This document shows, piece by piece, positions 45,463 through 60,760 of a stretch of DNA of 64,000 bases. The stretch spans positions 48,980,001-49,044,000 of the forward strand of contig JBITNC010000001.1 in NCBI GenBank assembly GCA_050084985.1. The letters run 5' to 3'. The notes beneath the pieces are model-generated. The model searched no databases, was not told the origin of the DNA, and saw nothing but the letters and a program-made list of their open reading frames with translations. The DNA is from Nageia nagi. Lineage: Eukaryota; Plantae; Pinophyta. The position numbers and the translations under genes were made by a program. Positions within the stretch are counted from its first letter, which is position 1, and each line of letters starts with the position of its first letter.

Positions 45463-48400
45463 TTTTTTGATGTAAAGTTAGCTTGTATTAAAAATAGAAA
45501 TACAAAAATTTATAACAAAAAAGGTTTGAGTGGTAGAGGATAGACCTCGTAGTTAAACCAACTTCCAGAGTTGGGATTTCAAAAAGAAACTAAAGCCACC
45601 GACATAACAAAATATTTATTCGAGGATTACAAAACTAAAACAAGCATAGTTGTAAACTTAAAGTTGCATGGGGAGAGTGGTTAGCGATCATCTACATCCA
45701 CCAAATTCTGTCAATTATTAGCAAGTATTGGGATGATATCCTAACCGGAGTTATCAATGCAATCAGGTGAATTGGGAGCCATGTCCCACCCATTGGTAAT
45801 ATCTACTGGAGTCTGTAAATCATGCTTAGTGTCCTAGCCGTCAGTTACTTTAATAACTATCATCACCTCTAGAAAAGGCCCCCAACCATCAACATGACAA
45901 GAAGAATCTCTTAGTGGTGGAGGCGGGGCACTCTAGTCACAAGGAGGAGGGAATTGATCTCAAATGTGTGGTGAGGGGCCACGGTGCTACCGAGACTTGG
46001 AACAGGAGCTCGAATGAGTAAGGGACTCCAAAGAAACCCTACTAACAACACATGGAGTATTGCCCCAAAAATCCAGAAGGTCATGTAGGTGGCTAAGCTC
46101 TATCTAAACTTTGTCAACCTTAACACAAATTTGCAACCAAGCATCATGGAAAATCAACAACTTCTTAGTCAGGGAGAAAGCAAAAGGCTTCAACTGATAA
46201 AAAATATTCAGTTCTTATCTTTCCAATATGGAACAAGATGGTAGTAGAAAAAATGTGCCAAATCTCAAAAAGAGCCAAAGAGAAATTAGGAGAGTCCCTT
46301 AGCAAAATATGAAACCATGCTAAGGAATGAGTTATATACTAGAAGAAAAAGGACTCAATCAAAAGCTAAGTAGACCTAGCTTTTGGGCATTCCCAAAAAA
46401 TATGAAAGTAAGATAAACACAACGTGGGTAAATAACCCCTAGATGGACCAACCAAGGACCTAGTGGAAGATTTTGAAATAGCTTGAAAAAGCCATTTTGC
46501 ACAATGAGTGGTACCTTGTATGTGGAAATAAAAAATGCCCATACCACTAGAAGAATAAAAGAGGCAACAATTTTCCTAGGCAAGCTTATGAAAACCTCTT
46601 TTGAATTTAGAATTGGACCAAAGAAAATCCTTGAGCAACCGCTCAAGTTTGAGAAAATAATTCTTAAAGGAGACTCAACAAGAGGAATAATAAATATGAG
46701 TAACACCCACAACCTTGGAATAATTTAAAAACTTCCCAGCCAAGGAGAGTTTCTTAGTTAACCAATACTCCAACTTTTGCTCAACCTTTTGAACCACATA
46801 GACCAAAGCTTTGTAGGGGATGATTGAAAGGCTAAAGGGATACCTAAACATTTAAACACTTCCCCATGAGTAATCCAATGCCACTGAAAACCTTGAATCC
46901 AAGAGGGCATATCACTGATAGACTACTGATAACAAGAGGTCTTATGCCATCACACACTCAAACCCAAAGCTTGGCAAAAGGTATCAAGATAAGAAATGAT
47001 ATGATGAATAGAATTCTCTTCCTTTTTTAGAGTTAAGAAGGAGTCATCTGCAAAATGACCATTAACAAGCTAAGACTAGGAGAAAGGGAGAGAGATACCC
47101 TTAAGATTACCCATAGACACTTGCTAAGCCGAAAGATAACCAAAGGCTTCAGCTGCTAAAATGTAAAGAGAAGGGACCAAAGGGAAACCTTGATGCACAA
47201 AATGAAATAAAATAATAGTAAAGGAATGCAAACCATTAATGGAAAGCAAAGCGACTATATATTGAAATAACATTTGAACTGAGTGGATGAAACATTGACC
47301 AAACTTGAGAGCTTTGAGCATGACAAGAATAAATTGCCACTCAATTCTATCATAAGCCTTCTCAAAATTAATCTTAACAAAAGAAGCAACTTGTTGGCTA
47401 ACCCTAGCCCACTCCATTCCTTCCCAAAAAGCTAAAATATCATCAAGAATATAATGGCCTTTAATAAAACTAGTTTTCTCAGGTTGAACAATCAAAGGAA
47501 GGAGAGGTCACAACTTTAAAGCAATAGCTTTAGCTATAATATTATAGTTGGCATTTAAAAGAGTAGTAGGTTTCCAATTTATAATAATCTCATGATCACC
47601 TAGCTTGGGAATAAACTTAATCATGTCCTTGTTGATTACTTTGCCCAAATACCCACAATGCATAGCTTCTTGATAAACCTTAAGAAGTTAGGACCAATCA
47701 TATCCCAATTTTTTTTGAAAAACTCATAGGGGAAACCATCTAACCTTGGAGCTTTATCACTGGCTATTTGAGTAAGATCCTCTTTTAAATCATCCAACAT
47801 TAAGGGATGGTCATGGCCTAATCATTGAGGAGAAGATAATTTATTGGGCGCAATAGCCATACATGTAGAAACACCCTCAAGGGTTTGAGCATTGGGTTGC
47901 TATGAAGCAAAAACATGAGAGTAATACCACTTAAAAATATTAGATATATCAACAATAATAGTGACCTAAGTTTGAACATCAAGAAGGGCTTTGAATTGAG
48001 TAGCTTGATGGGGGGCTAGAGCTGAATGAAAACTCCTTGGTCACTCTATCATCCACCTTGGTCACTCTATCATCCACTTTAAGCCAATGCATCTTGACTT
48101 TAATTTGAGCACTGTGAGCTTCATAAATGTCTATAATCTTAAGATCTTGGTGAATTTGAGCAGCTTGAGGTTGAAGTGCAATAGAGAAAGGATAAACATC
48201 TAGCTGTAGCATATCTCTAATTAATTCCTCTTGTAAAGCAGCATTAGAACAATATTAGGAATGAGAAACCTTTCACCCAAGAGTGCGAAGCAACATCATG
48301 GTGCGAGAGATAGCATAATTCCACCACTTAATGTGCCCATAACTACTAGTAGGTTAAGGAACCAAGTTCCAAATATGATGAATATGAGAAACAATAGCAA

Positions 48401-49870
48401 GATAATGAAGAAATGATGTGTTTAGGAAGAATTGATTTGTACATCACACAGGAGGTAGATGATCATGAGCAATGGTGAACCAAATTGATGCATGGTATGA
48501 GGTGGTGGTGCCTTGCACAACTTCCACAAATATAACATAGTGACTACGCTAATGAAAGTGAAATGTCTAATAATAAAACAACATGGCATGATCAAGCCAA
48601 CGTATGACATGAGCATCTTTAGCTTGGAAATTGGACCATGTGTACCAAATATGATATGAAAAATTAGTTGGTACAAAACAAGCATTAGGATTGACAAAAC
48701 CTAACTTACTTTGCATGAAGTACCAAGTGTGATGCTCCCCACTAGGCCACCTAGCAAGATGAATTCCAATCTTATTAGAAGCACACTCAATCATATTAAA
48801 TCCCCCACACATGCCCACATGGCTTGAGGTAGAGAAAAAGTAATCCATTTCCATAAAGAATAACATTTAGATGCATCATTAGAAGCATAACTATTTAAAA
48901 TACCAAAGGACATATCGACCACCTTGAGAATGACCCACATGGCTTGGTTGATGGGATCAGTTCCCCAAGTAATAAAATGGGAATACCACCTTTTAGCAAT
49001 ACATAAAGTAGCACCACCTTTTCCATCACAATGATTAGTAATTTAAAAGTGGCTCTCTAGCCAAATCATAATGCCAGTCGAGTACAAATAGAAACTTGAC
49101 ACTTTGATTTCTTATAAACATAAAAAATACAATACACCTAACCAATGCATGCAATCAATAATCTCATTCTAAACCAAATATTTGTGGGTATTGAAAAATG
49201 ATGATCCATAAAAATCATGAAAAATGATGATCCTTGATTTTGACATCCTCCTCTTCTAATTCCTTACACCCAAAGAGATATTCATAAAGAATTATTAAAA
49301 AAACCATCCTAGTGCTTTGGAATGAGATTTGAATGGTGTCATTTCTCTTTCTAAAAATAACCACGGGGAGGTACGTGACTTACGACCCCCATGTAATTGA
49401 AAAATTTCTTACCATTGAGGAGGGGAATGAATAATAACCATATCTTGGGAGTCTAAGAAAATTTACCCAAAAGATGAAACTATTATTGGGTGTGACACAA
49501 GTGCCAATGATTACTATGGACTCTACCTAGAAAATACCTAATCAAAGTGTGGGTCTTAAGCCATTAAACTGAACCAACAAAATCAATCAACGAAATACAA
49601 ACAACCAAAGTGTTATTTGGAATATTACCTCATGGAATAATTTCAACATGAACTTGCAAGGTCTCTTGCTCAACATTGGCACCATTACTTCCTCCATCTA
49701 CTTCACTAAGGGGTGAAATTGCTGAATGAGGTGGAGCTATAAATAAACGAGGCCATGGGGATGCCAAAGGTGATGACACCATTTTTAAAAGGAAATTAAT
49801 GAAAAAAAACCTGCTAATCCTATGAGAGGATGGTAGTGGCAATAAATGTGTATAGCAAATCCTCAAAAAC
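45463..49870 (-). mobile_element. L1-clade LINE, decayed (endonuclease + RT)
   Basis: RT motifs SFIKGHYILDDIL, KINFEKAYDRIEW, QGFPLVPSLYIL, GHFADDS and KAPRLDGFP. Endonuclease-like GGFNMIE and YTWSN at ~48570-48870. A-rich 3' end ..CATCAAAAAA at ~45463. The 5' limit is approximate. Confidence 0.85.
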
Positions 49871-50849
49871 CACTTCTTCTGAGATACAATATTATTGAGT
49901 TGTAGATTGAAGTTTCAACATAAAGTATTTTCATGGTAATTTGTTACAAGGAAAATATTTTATTGTTGAGAAATATAAATTATCCCTTCTTAATAAACTA
50001 GTTTATTATTGGAAATGGTAGCTTAGAAGAGCTATATGTTTGAATAAAAATAGTCTATATTGTAAAGAAGGTATCCTTGAATTTTATCATTGTAATTGAT
50101 AAAGATATAGAATTATGGAGTCACTTAGGAGGCTGGAGTCATGAGGCAAAATAGAGAACTAATTGAGATTGTTGAAGAAATATGTACAACTCTAGCCTAA
50201 CTTAAGGTTTGGTTAGAATTAATATTATAATATTTTTAAATAATTAATATTATAATAATTTTTAGGATTGGTAACTTTTTCTACCACTGGACATGATCCC
50301 TATGCCAAGGGATGGTTACCACTTAAATCTAATGTCAAATGCAAATGATTTTTGTGATTGATAATTTTTGCAAGTATAGAGATTAATGATGTCATTATAT
50401 TATTGCATACATCTAACTTGAAACCTAATTTCTATTAAGCTTTTGATAAGTCATTGATGATAAGAATACATTTGACTCATTTGCAATATGTTATACATTA
50501 TCACACAATTAGCAATGAATAGTCAAACATTTACAACTCTTATTTATAGTCTAAGAATATAAAGAGAGTTATTATTATTTAGTATTTTGCTCCATCAAAT
50601 GGATAGTTATGCTAAGAATTGAATCATGAGGAACACTCTAAAAAAATGATGAGGAAATGTTAAATGCTATACATAACTTAATAGGTAAAGTATAAGATTA
50701 AATGTGAAAAATCCAATACATTATATAATGATTAAGTATTTTAAAAATTCAATAATAAACTCCAAATAGAGTTTAAGGGTCATATTAATTAATCAATAGT
50801 TTTCATAGATAAATCACATTGTCAAGAGTATATGTAATTATGTATATTT

Positions 50850-51190
50850 CATTGGAAAATAATCATTATAGGTCCATTCTAAGCAATTTGTTAAAATATA
50901 ATTAAGTGATAATAATGTGTTAATTATTGAGATAAAAATAATTATTATCTCCCTAATATGGTTGTTACACAAATAATCCCACCAAGATGAAGTAGGAAGA
51001 CCAAAAAAATAACATATAATCCTCCAAAAAAACATTCGACAATGAAGAGCTTAAGAGACCAAAAGGGTGGAAAGGAAATATACCCACCATACTAAAGTTT
51101 GTTAGATTATAAGTAAACCATTTCCCTCTCTTAGGATTTTCAAGCCTCAAACTCCACATCAATATTCTCAATGAGTTTTGATACCACTAT
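50850..51190 (-). mobile_element. LTR retrotransposon 5' remnant (tRNA-Met PBS and possible copia gag start)
   Basis: Minus strand TGGTATCAAAAC at 51175-51186, 3 nt from a TG.. end at 51190. Downstream DY..FW...WWDYL resembles a copia gag N-terminus. Confidence 0.4.
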
Positions 51191-52596
51191 GTTGTTTTGC
51201 ACTCTTTTGTGATGCCACCACTCCAAACAATGCCCATATATCGTTCAATAATGGTGAGAGTCCATAACAATGCCCATACATGTCTCAGTCATGACAAGAA
51301 TCCTCCAAGAAACTCCCATGTGAATCTCAATTACAATGAAAGATCACTAAACAACGTCCATACATTACTCAATCATGGTGCAAACCCTCTAAACTATGCC
51401 TAGATGTCACTCGGGTCAATCTCAATACCACCCATCGAAAGAGGAAAATAAGGTTCGTATGATCCTTTCCTTGTCTGGCACATTCCTCTAGTAGAAAATG
51501 CTATCATATCCATCATCCAATGCCCCCAAAACTACCCAACACCCATCATCTAAAAAATACACAAATGCATGAAGGCCCAAGTTACTAACCTCCTAGCCAC
51601 TAGCCCCCTAGTTGTCATTGTCCCAAAATAAGAATATGGAAATGCAAAGTCATAAAAGGCAATGAGAGTACAACCAAAATTTGACTTTTCATCAAAAAAT
51701 GCCCACCATTGCCAATGTTGCAATGCACTCATCCACCAATATTTTGGCATCCATTCCCAATGCTATGAAATGTTAGGGTTTGGGTCCACCCATGCTTCGT
51801 GGGCAACCCCTTAGATGCATTGGGAATAAATATTTATTTTTATAGCCAATTTATCAACTAGATTACATGATGAGAATTTATGTGCTATATTCTTATTTGG
51901 CTTTGGGGAATATCCCTTTTCAATAATATAACTTTTGGAAGGGAATTTGTGTTTAAGTACCTAGAATAATGTTTTGATGTCATTTTTCTATTTTCAACTA
52001 AACTAATAAAAATAAATTTAATAAAATAATAAATTACAATAAATGTTGAAATGTACTTTTGTATAACTTAATAATTGTAAGTTCAAGAAGAACACTTTTA
52101 CTTTGCATATAAATTGATCTATATAATAATATTATATCTAAAATACATGTATAAGTTGTTTCTCTTGATGCATCTGAATTAATTCATCTAATACAAAGTT
52201 TGTATATTTTTGTTGAATTAATCCACTTAACACATGGTTTATACACTTTATAAATGTATATAATAAATAGTCTAACATAAAATGCATAATGTAATAGATT
52301 TTTAGTTGACATTTACTTATAGAAAATAATAAAACTATCCTTAGCCAAATATAATTATAGACATAATGATATTTTATTTTCTTTGTCCATAGTTAATTTC
52401 ATCATTATCATTATGGTAGTCAAACTTTTAAACTTAATTTAACATCATTTTCTTTATGATTTATCGTTAGTTATTAAACAACTTATAATTGTGTTGATTT
52501 TAGTTTTATGATTATTGATATTAATAATATTTTTCATCAATAAGGAAGTATTTTGAGGTTGGTTGGTAAGATGTGGTATGCACCATAGAGCTTACT

Positions 52597-55500
52597 TCAT
52601 CAATTGGATAAGATACTTCATGCATATCATAATTCTGAATAACAATGATGTTTTGTGACACCACCTATTACTTTATCTATTATTTTCCCTTTGTCACATT
52701 TCTTTTATCATTCTTTGCACATGTAATTCTTAATGATTCTTATCATCAGCTATGTGCTACAGTAAGGGGCATTGACACTATTCATATGGTGGTTGTGCTT
52801 AGAATGCTTATGTGAAGGTGCAATATGTGATTGATATTTATTAGATTTGGTAAGGTACATTATTTACTATAGCAATAACTAGTATATTTCATATGTATAC
52901 TACAATATTTGGATTGTAGAGAAATAATATTTTATTTATTGCATCGTGTATTATTTCCTATTTACATTTTTATGAACCCATTGTTTCCATCTATCTTTTC
53001 CCTCCTAGATAAGGTTTAGCAAAAATTATGATATGGATCTAGCTCAATCCATGTGTTTATCCAAGTGTGAGGTGTTAACATCATAATGGCTCAAGATTTA
53101 CCTTAGATGATGTTGAACCTGACTTAGGCGATCACAACCTTGACTCATAATATGACTCAATTTATTCCAAATCCATAGGACACAATAAGAAATAATAAAA
53201 AAGTGGCACTTGAGGTGATGGCCAAAATTGTAAAATTGGAAAATAGTAGATCTCATAACAGTAATGAAGATTATGATGATGTGTTCACTATAGCCTTATC
53301 AGTAGATATCCATAATTATCCTCTACCACTTTATCTCAAGGCCCCCAAATTCAAGATTTTCAGTGGATATCAAGACCCAAAGCAACATCTTATTAGATTT
53401 TAGGAGTGCTTGTTGAAACTTGGATCTAAGGATAAGTTGATGATGAAATTCTTCCCAAGGTGTTTGAAAGGTGATACCAATTAGTGGTTTTATAATCTAC
53501 TTGAAGGATCTATTGATTATTTTCAATCATTGGTGAAAGCATTTATGAATTAGTGCAAGCATTTATGGATTAGTACAGAGTTGTATACAGTGCATCAAGG
53601 AAATTATAAAAAATTGGAGAAGTATATCCCACAATTTAAAATGGTATGGAAAACCATTTGTATTCATTTAGATGGAAGAGAAATTTGTGGTATTATTTCT
53701 AACTCTTTACTCCCAATTTTAAAGCAACATACTCTTGATTATACTAAATTGGGCTTTGGAGTAATGACTAGAAAAGCAATGTTGAAAGAAAAGGTATTGG
53801 TTGAATTAGGGACATTCAAATATGCAAGTTCAACATAGAACAAGGAAAATAAAAAACCATATGTAAAAATAGAAGAGAAGAATGTCAATATGGCTGATAA
53901 ATTGGCTCTTATGAGATCTAATACAAAAAGGAGTTGTACATTCACCTTCCTGGTCCACCTAAGATAATTTTGCAGGACTTGATTGAGAAGGGCTTATTAA
54001 GGCCATTGGAAAGAAAATCAAAAGATGATAATTTATTTATGGGGAACTCAAAGGCTTATTATTCATATCATCAAATAAGAGGGCATGCAACAAATAGTTG
54101 TAAAAATCTTGAAGAGGATATACTAGATCTGATTGCTCAAGCAAAATATGAAATCAATGAAAATGTTCCAAATTTGGATCAAGCTATGAATGCTATAAGA
54201 GTGGATAAGGATATTTGCACTACATTCAGAAGAGGACATCTGAGGTCTAACCCACATCCACAACCAAACCAAAATCAAGATGCAAATGAATGTGTAAGTC
54301 TTCCACTAGATCTAATAGCTTAGAGAATGATTGAATAGTTAAAAACTACTCCTGTTAAAATTAGCTTATTTGATTTCATTACTACATCTAAGATACATAG
54401 AGAAGTCTTATCTAATTTGTTAAAAAAAGAAATAGTTCCTAATAACATTTTTGATACTATGTATTTTGAAAAAATTCAATCCATTTTAGATTGTGATGAT
54501 ATATCTTTCTTTAGATATGAAAAACTTAGTAAGGAACTAATAGCTGAATGCTTAGCACTTTTTATTACTCTAATGATACATGATTTAGAGATAAAAAGAG
54601 CAATGGTAGATTCTGGTTCAGCTATTAATGTTTGTTCTCAAAAATTCTTACAACAATTAGAAAGTAATGATGTACCTATCCCAACCTTAGAAGAGCCAAC
54701 TTTTAGAATAAGTTTGTATGATTTTAGATATGAAAATCTAAGGGAATGTATAGAATTGAGAATTTTGTTATGCTAGTTTTTGTAAAAGACTTGGGTTGTT
54801 TGAAAATTATAAGTAAATTCAGGTGTGCATGATGTGCTAAAGGTGTTGTAGGACATGGAAACCATGAAACAAAAGGAAAAATGAGTGGTTGTTATTCAAT
54901 AACATATTTATCTCCGAAACTTGTTCAATCAAATAAAAAAATGGAAAACAAGAATACAAGCAATTCTTTTCCATATCCCTTTGTACATGAATACATGGTT
55001 GATAATTGCAAATATAAAGGGGGAAGATTAGGAAACTAAAAATAGGGAATTAATTCTTTTCCTATTACTTTAGGAGCTCACAAAGATAAAAAAGGATTAG
55101 GTAGTGATCATAATAAAAAATAAACAATAGTACCTATTAAGTTTATTCTTGAAAGCAATATGATATAGTTGTGTGATGAAATTGATGAGAAAAAAATGGA
55201 TAGATGATACTATACCACCTGATTTTGATTGCTTTTCTAATGATTATGACATATTAAAATACACGAGGGCAAATTTAGAATTTACCAAATCAAATCCAAA
55301 AAGGTAACCAAGTTATGTTCTTATTCAATATGGATATTTTGGACAAGAGATAAACTTTAATGAAGTTTTTCAGGTACAACAAACTGATGAAGATGATATT
55401 AACAATCAAGAAATACCAATATTGGAAGAGTTACCTTTATTATTTTGAAGAAAATATGAGTCTAAATTTTCAAAAAAAGAGTTGATGAAAGTTAACATTG

Positions 55501-58206
55501 GCACAAGTGATCAAGAGAGGTTGATAAAAATTAGAGCTGCTCTCCCAATACCATCCCAAGAAAGGTACACAAATAAGTTCATTGAATGAAATAAAATTTT
55601 TTTCTTGGTCTTATTATAATATGCTTGATTTATATACATCTTTTTCATGCATAGTTTTCCACTTAAAAAAAGGATAAACCTATAAAGAAAAAACCAAGGA
55701 AGATGCATCCATCAAAAGCATTGCTAGTAAAGAAAGAAATTGAAAAGTATTTGAATGCTGGTTTTATTAATCCTATAGATTATTCAAAATGGATGGATAA
55801 TATTGTTCTATTACTAAACCAACTAGAGAAATAAGGATTTGTACTGACTTTAGAGATATAAATAATGCATGTCCAAAAGATGATTTTCCTTTGCCAAAAA
55901 TTGATATGATTGTTGATAGAATTGTTGGTCATGATACATTATATTTTATGGATGGTTTCTCTAGTTACAATCAAATTTAAATTAATTCAGTTGATCAATA
56001 TAAAATAATATTCACTACACCATAGGAAACGTTTTTTTTGGAAAGAGATTGGCATATTATCAAATACATGGGATAGATACAAAAGAGATTGACTTGAACA
56101 ATTACCATATGCATTATGGGCATATAGAACAAGTATTAGAATAATAAAGGGGGTAATTCCATTCTCATTGGTTTATGGTGATGAAGTAGTTGTACCATTA
56201 GATCTTGATGTTTCATCTTTAAGGATATCATAACAAGGAGACACATAAGATGTGGATGCTTGAAAAGCAAGATTGCAACAATTAGAAGCTCTCGATGAAA
56301 AAAGGATTCATGCTATTGAACATCAAAAATCATATCATGCAAGGTTAAAAAGGGCCTTTGGAAAAATGATTAAGCTAAAGATGTTTCAAGGTGGAGATTT
56401 GGTACTGAAAGAGAATATTAACAAGATTACTGCAAATGATGAGGTAAAAGGAAAATTTGAAACAAATTGGTTAGGACCTTTTGTTGTTGTGGAAGCTATA
56501 GGATTAAGTGCATATAAGTTATCTTTGATGGATGTAAAAGAAAGAAAAAAACCTTCAATGTTACTCATATTAATTATTTTATGCATAAAGTGCACAATTT
56601 GGTACCTCAAAAATCAACAATGAATCTTAATGAGGTACATGTATATTATGTTTTCTTTCAATCTCAAGTTTTATTTTTTATTTTGAAACAACATTAACAT
56701 CATGTTTCTTACTTGTTAATAATTGATGCCATGATTTTTATAAAGATAAAAAAATAAAATAATGGTAAATATAATATCTTCATATTAGGGACATAAAATA
56801 CTTGATCGTTGATGGCCAACGATACAATTAGTGAGAGTTCACTCACTTAAATGTAAATTGATGATGCAACTATAAGGATATGGACATTGGTTCATACCTA
56901 ATGGATGGTACACCTTGCTGTGTATCCCAAATGCTTATGATTACAACTTTAAAAGTATAATATCTTTGAATCAAGGACATAAAATGCTTGATCATTGATG
57001 GCCAATGATATAGATAGTGAGAGGTCACTCACTTAAATGTAAACTAGTGATGCAAATGTAAGTGAGAATGTTGAGATTAGATCATAAATAATGAATGATG
57101 CATTTCATTATGTATCCATAAAGCATGCTAATACAATCTTCTATCACAAGGTATTTTCTAATCTAATTTTTCTCTACATGTTAAAAAAATTGACAAGATT
57201 GAAGGCGTCCATGCTGTGATAGCAAAGATGATACATTTATAGCATCATTTTTTATACCTCAAAAAGAGTTAGAATGCTAAAATTATCCTTTTATGTACCC
57301 AAATATGGCAATCAAGATGTCAAACTTCATAAATAAAGAAGTATTTTAGACCATACTGAAGTATCACAATGGGAAAGTTGTTAAGGTATATTGTATTGGC
57401 TGCACCAAAAAAGAAGAATGTTCCTAGGGAAACCAAACCAAAGTGGGAAGAGAAGGGACTTGCATTAGAAAATCATGTTGTTGAGTAAAGAGTTCAAAGT
57501 TCTCAAAATTTGCTTATACTATTCTTATTTGGACATGTAACTCAATGTATTTCATTACACCTCCAAAGAGGGGAAAAATGTAGACACCTAAAAATGAATT
57601 CTTATTAATAAGAATTCATTTCTATAGCATAAAAAGATATATGTTGTAAACAAGAGGGTTATAATATACCCAAGATATTATTTTTAATGTAATAGGATCA
57701 CTAAACAATGTAAGTGGTATCAAATGCCCAAAAAGGCACTATTGAATATGTAATGTATGATGATACCAAGGCAAGGAGAAGATCCAAATGTGGCTATAAA
57801 AGAATATCAAAGACAAATTTTGACATATAAGTATCATCATCAACTAGATAAGATACTTCATGCATATCATACTTCTGAATAACAATGATATTTTGTAACA
57901 CCACCTATTAGTTGATCTATTATTATCCCTTTGTTGCATTCCTTTTACCATTGTTTGCACATCTAATTCTTAATGGTTCACACCATTGGTAATATGCTAT
58001 AGTAAGGGGAATCAACACTGCACATATGGTGATTATGCTTAAAATGCTTGTGAGAAGGTGCAATATGTGATTGATATTTGTCAGATCTAGTAAGGTACAT
58101 TATTTACTATAGAAATAATTAGTATATTTCAGATGTATATTGCAATATTTGGATTATAGAGAAATAGTGTTTTGTTGATTGCATCATGCATTATTTCCTA
58201 TCTACA
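52597..58206 (+). mobile_element. Tat/Ogre-like Ty3/gypsy element, internally deleted, 5' LTR truncated
   Basis: 3' LTR 57579-58206 (TGTAGA..TCTACA) follows PPT AAAGAGGGGAAAAA. The 5' LTR part 52597-52966 matches 57837-58206. Gag (PKFKIFSGYQDPKQHL; YHQIRGHATNSC), protease AMVDSGSAINV, G-patch-like KKGLG, RT start DFRDINNACPKDDFPLP..MDGFSSYNQI, integrase C-terminus (ALWAYRT, KGKFETNWLGPF). Confidence 0.88.
56770..57120. repeat. 186-bp tandem repeat x2 in the element's 3' non-coding region
   Basis: TATAATATCTT..GGACATAAAAT.CTTGATC.TTGATGGCCAA..CACTCACTTAAATGTAAA starts at 56770 and at 56956. Confidence 0.85.
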
Positions 58207-59559
58207 TTTCTATTCACTTCATGTTCACATTTACCAATTAGGGGAGATTATACTGGCAACCTAAAGAATCAAACGTACATCATGTGGCTATATAGTGAAG
58301 AGAGTTATTGAATTTTTCATTAACATTATTTCATAATAAAAATTTTGTTGTTGGATTTTGTGTAGCCAATGTAGGATCTTGATTGTTATGTTTTGAGTTC
58401 ACTTTTAACTTATTCCTTGATTGCATTTGTTAATATTAGTGATTTCAATCTTGATGTTTGAACAATTCCTTCTTGTAACATTTGTTTTTTGCTTATCTTG
58501 TTGATGCTTAGTTCCTTTTGTACATATATTTGATTTCAAATTTAAGTTTATTCTAACTTACTACTTAAATATAGTAGTGAAAAATTTGGATTTTTTTTAT
58601 TGATTTTGATGAATATGTATGTTGCCAATGTTTTGGTTAAAATATTTGTTGAGTTCTCTCGAGGATTATTTAAAATGATTTAATATAATTTAAAATGAAC
58701 ATATAATTTTTTATTGATTATATTGATCTATAGCTTTAGATATTGTAAAAATAGTTGTTTGTTCTTCTTGCTTATTTTTAAGTCTCAAAAAATCTTTCTA
58801 AGCAATATTGTCCATATTCTAGTTGTTTCCAAAGACTTTCTTAGCTTGAGTTGCTAGCAATGATATAGTAGATTACTTATTATAATGATGTGAATCCTTA
58901 GTTTCTATTACTATGCACATTTTTCACATTGTTATTTTACCATTTTATAACAATTAGTATTAGAACTAGGATTTTTCTTTAGGAGGGTTTTAGATATGTG
59001 AGGGTTGAATAATCCTTTTTTGAGTGGTAACTTTGCGATAAAATGATGAGCACTTTTGAGAGTGGAGATTGAAAAATTGAATAATTAGAATTTTGAGTTG
59101 TAGAAGCTCATTATGGAGGATCTTCTAATTGGAAATTTTTTTAGTCCTAATATATTAAGATTGGATGAAATTAGATATAAAGATGATAAATTCAATTTGG
59201 ATTTGGTTTTAAAATTTGGTGTTGTCGAATGTTTTTGAATATGTCTTCATAGACAATTTGTGGGACAAGTTGGCCACATTGTAATATATGAAGTCCATGT
59301 AACTAATAAGTTTCTCTTGTGATAGAATTTATATTCATTTTAGATGAATGATGGGACTTTTTTGATAGATCATTTAATTGCTTTCAAGACTAGGGTAAGT
59401 TAACTAGCCTTTGTTGACATAAAAATGATTGAAGATCATAAATTAATTACTTTATTATTCTTTCTTACATATTCATTGAATAATATTATTATGACCATAA
59501 GTAGTAGATCCATAACTTTATAATTTGAGTTTCATAGGGTCTTTGTTATATAAGAAAAT

Positions 59560-60210
59560 GAGGAAAAAAAAATCTATTAATAAAATGAATGATGCACTAG
59601 TTACAAGATATCATTCTTAGAAAAGAAAAATAGATAAATGATCAAAATCAAAGTCAAAGTCAAAGAAAAAAAAAGTATTTTAGAAAACATGATAAGAGGA
59701 GTTACTAACATGTGGTAAGATAATACATCCCAATAAGAATTGTAAATTTATACATTTTAAAAAGGAAAAGGAAAAATGCAAGGATTCTTCTCATCTACTA
59801 TACTTTATAATTACAATGGTGATGTATACTCAATTTCAAATCAAGATATTTGCTTAGTTAATTTTGATTCTTTATTATATATTATTCCTTATAGGGAGTG
59901 ATTTTTTGAGTGTGAAACCTAAAATGGTGGTGAATTATTTTTATGAGACAACACTACATGTAAGATTATGGATTGCAAACATGTTAAGATAAATTTTTAG
60001 AGGGAATAAGTAAAACCCTTCTTGGAGTTATGCATATTCTTTTTCTAGCTAAAAGTATTTTATTAGTAAGTAAATTTATTGAAGAAATTTTAGAAATTAT
60101 TTTCAAAAAGGATATCTATAACATGATTCAAAGAGTGATTGTACTATATATAAGAGAGAAAATTGATATACTATATAAATTAGAAGAAACCATAGTAACC
60201 TATGGGTTCT
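59560..60210 (+). mobile_element. Decayed Ty1/copia gag-protease remnant
   Basis: RSKSKSK-rich gag end. DS..YIIPYRE*FFECE..GGELFL*DNTTCKIMD..VKI and HILFLAKSILLVSK match the copia protease-region pattern. Confidence 0.55.
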
Positions 60211-60287
60211 AATAATTTTGGAAGATGAACCAATTTGAAATAATTTTCCAAGGATATTTTCATTAATCAAGAATGAAAGTTGGAGGC

Positions 60288-60760
60288 TCAAATATGATCA
60301 AATACTATCCTAGTCTCAACCATAAACGATGTCAATAAGAGATCAATGAATGTTGTTCTAAGGACTTTGTCAACACCTTTTAATAAATCAAAATGTTTGG
60401 GTTCTAAGGGGAGTATTATTGGAAGATTGAAACTTGGAATTGATGGAAGTGCATCATTGGGAGTGGAGTTTGTGGATTTAATTTGACTCAATACGAGAAA
60501 GCTTACTAGGTACAAATATAGTAAGGATTAACAAATTGAGAGCTCTTTCTTGATTCTATGGGTGGTGGTGCATGATCATTATTAGTTGGTAGAGCATTTT
60601 TTTGGTTAATTACATTAACAAATGATACCTCAACTTGATAACTAGCTACATAAAGGTTCCCCTTTGTTTTCCACTTAAAGGGACTATGGTTGTTTAGGCC
60701 ATGGAAATTTGAGGAAATAATAGCCAATGATACCCTTAGATGTTCTGGGTTGCGCATGCA
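60288..60760 (-). mobile_element. Possible gypsy gag N-terminal remnant
   Basis: LPIILPLEPKHFDLLKGVDKVL resembles the PL.LP..LHDLP..K.LPKF gag motif. Weak. Confidence 0.3.

Noticed and set aside
48036-48077. KVDDRVT-KVDDRVT peptide repeat
   Set aside because: A simple 21-bp slippage duplication inside a dead LINE.
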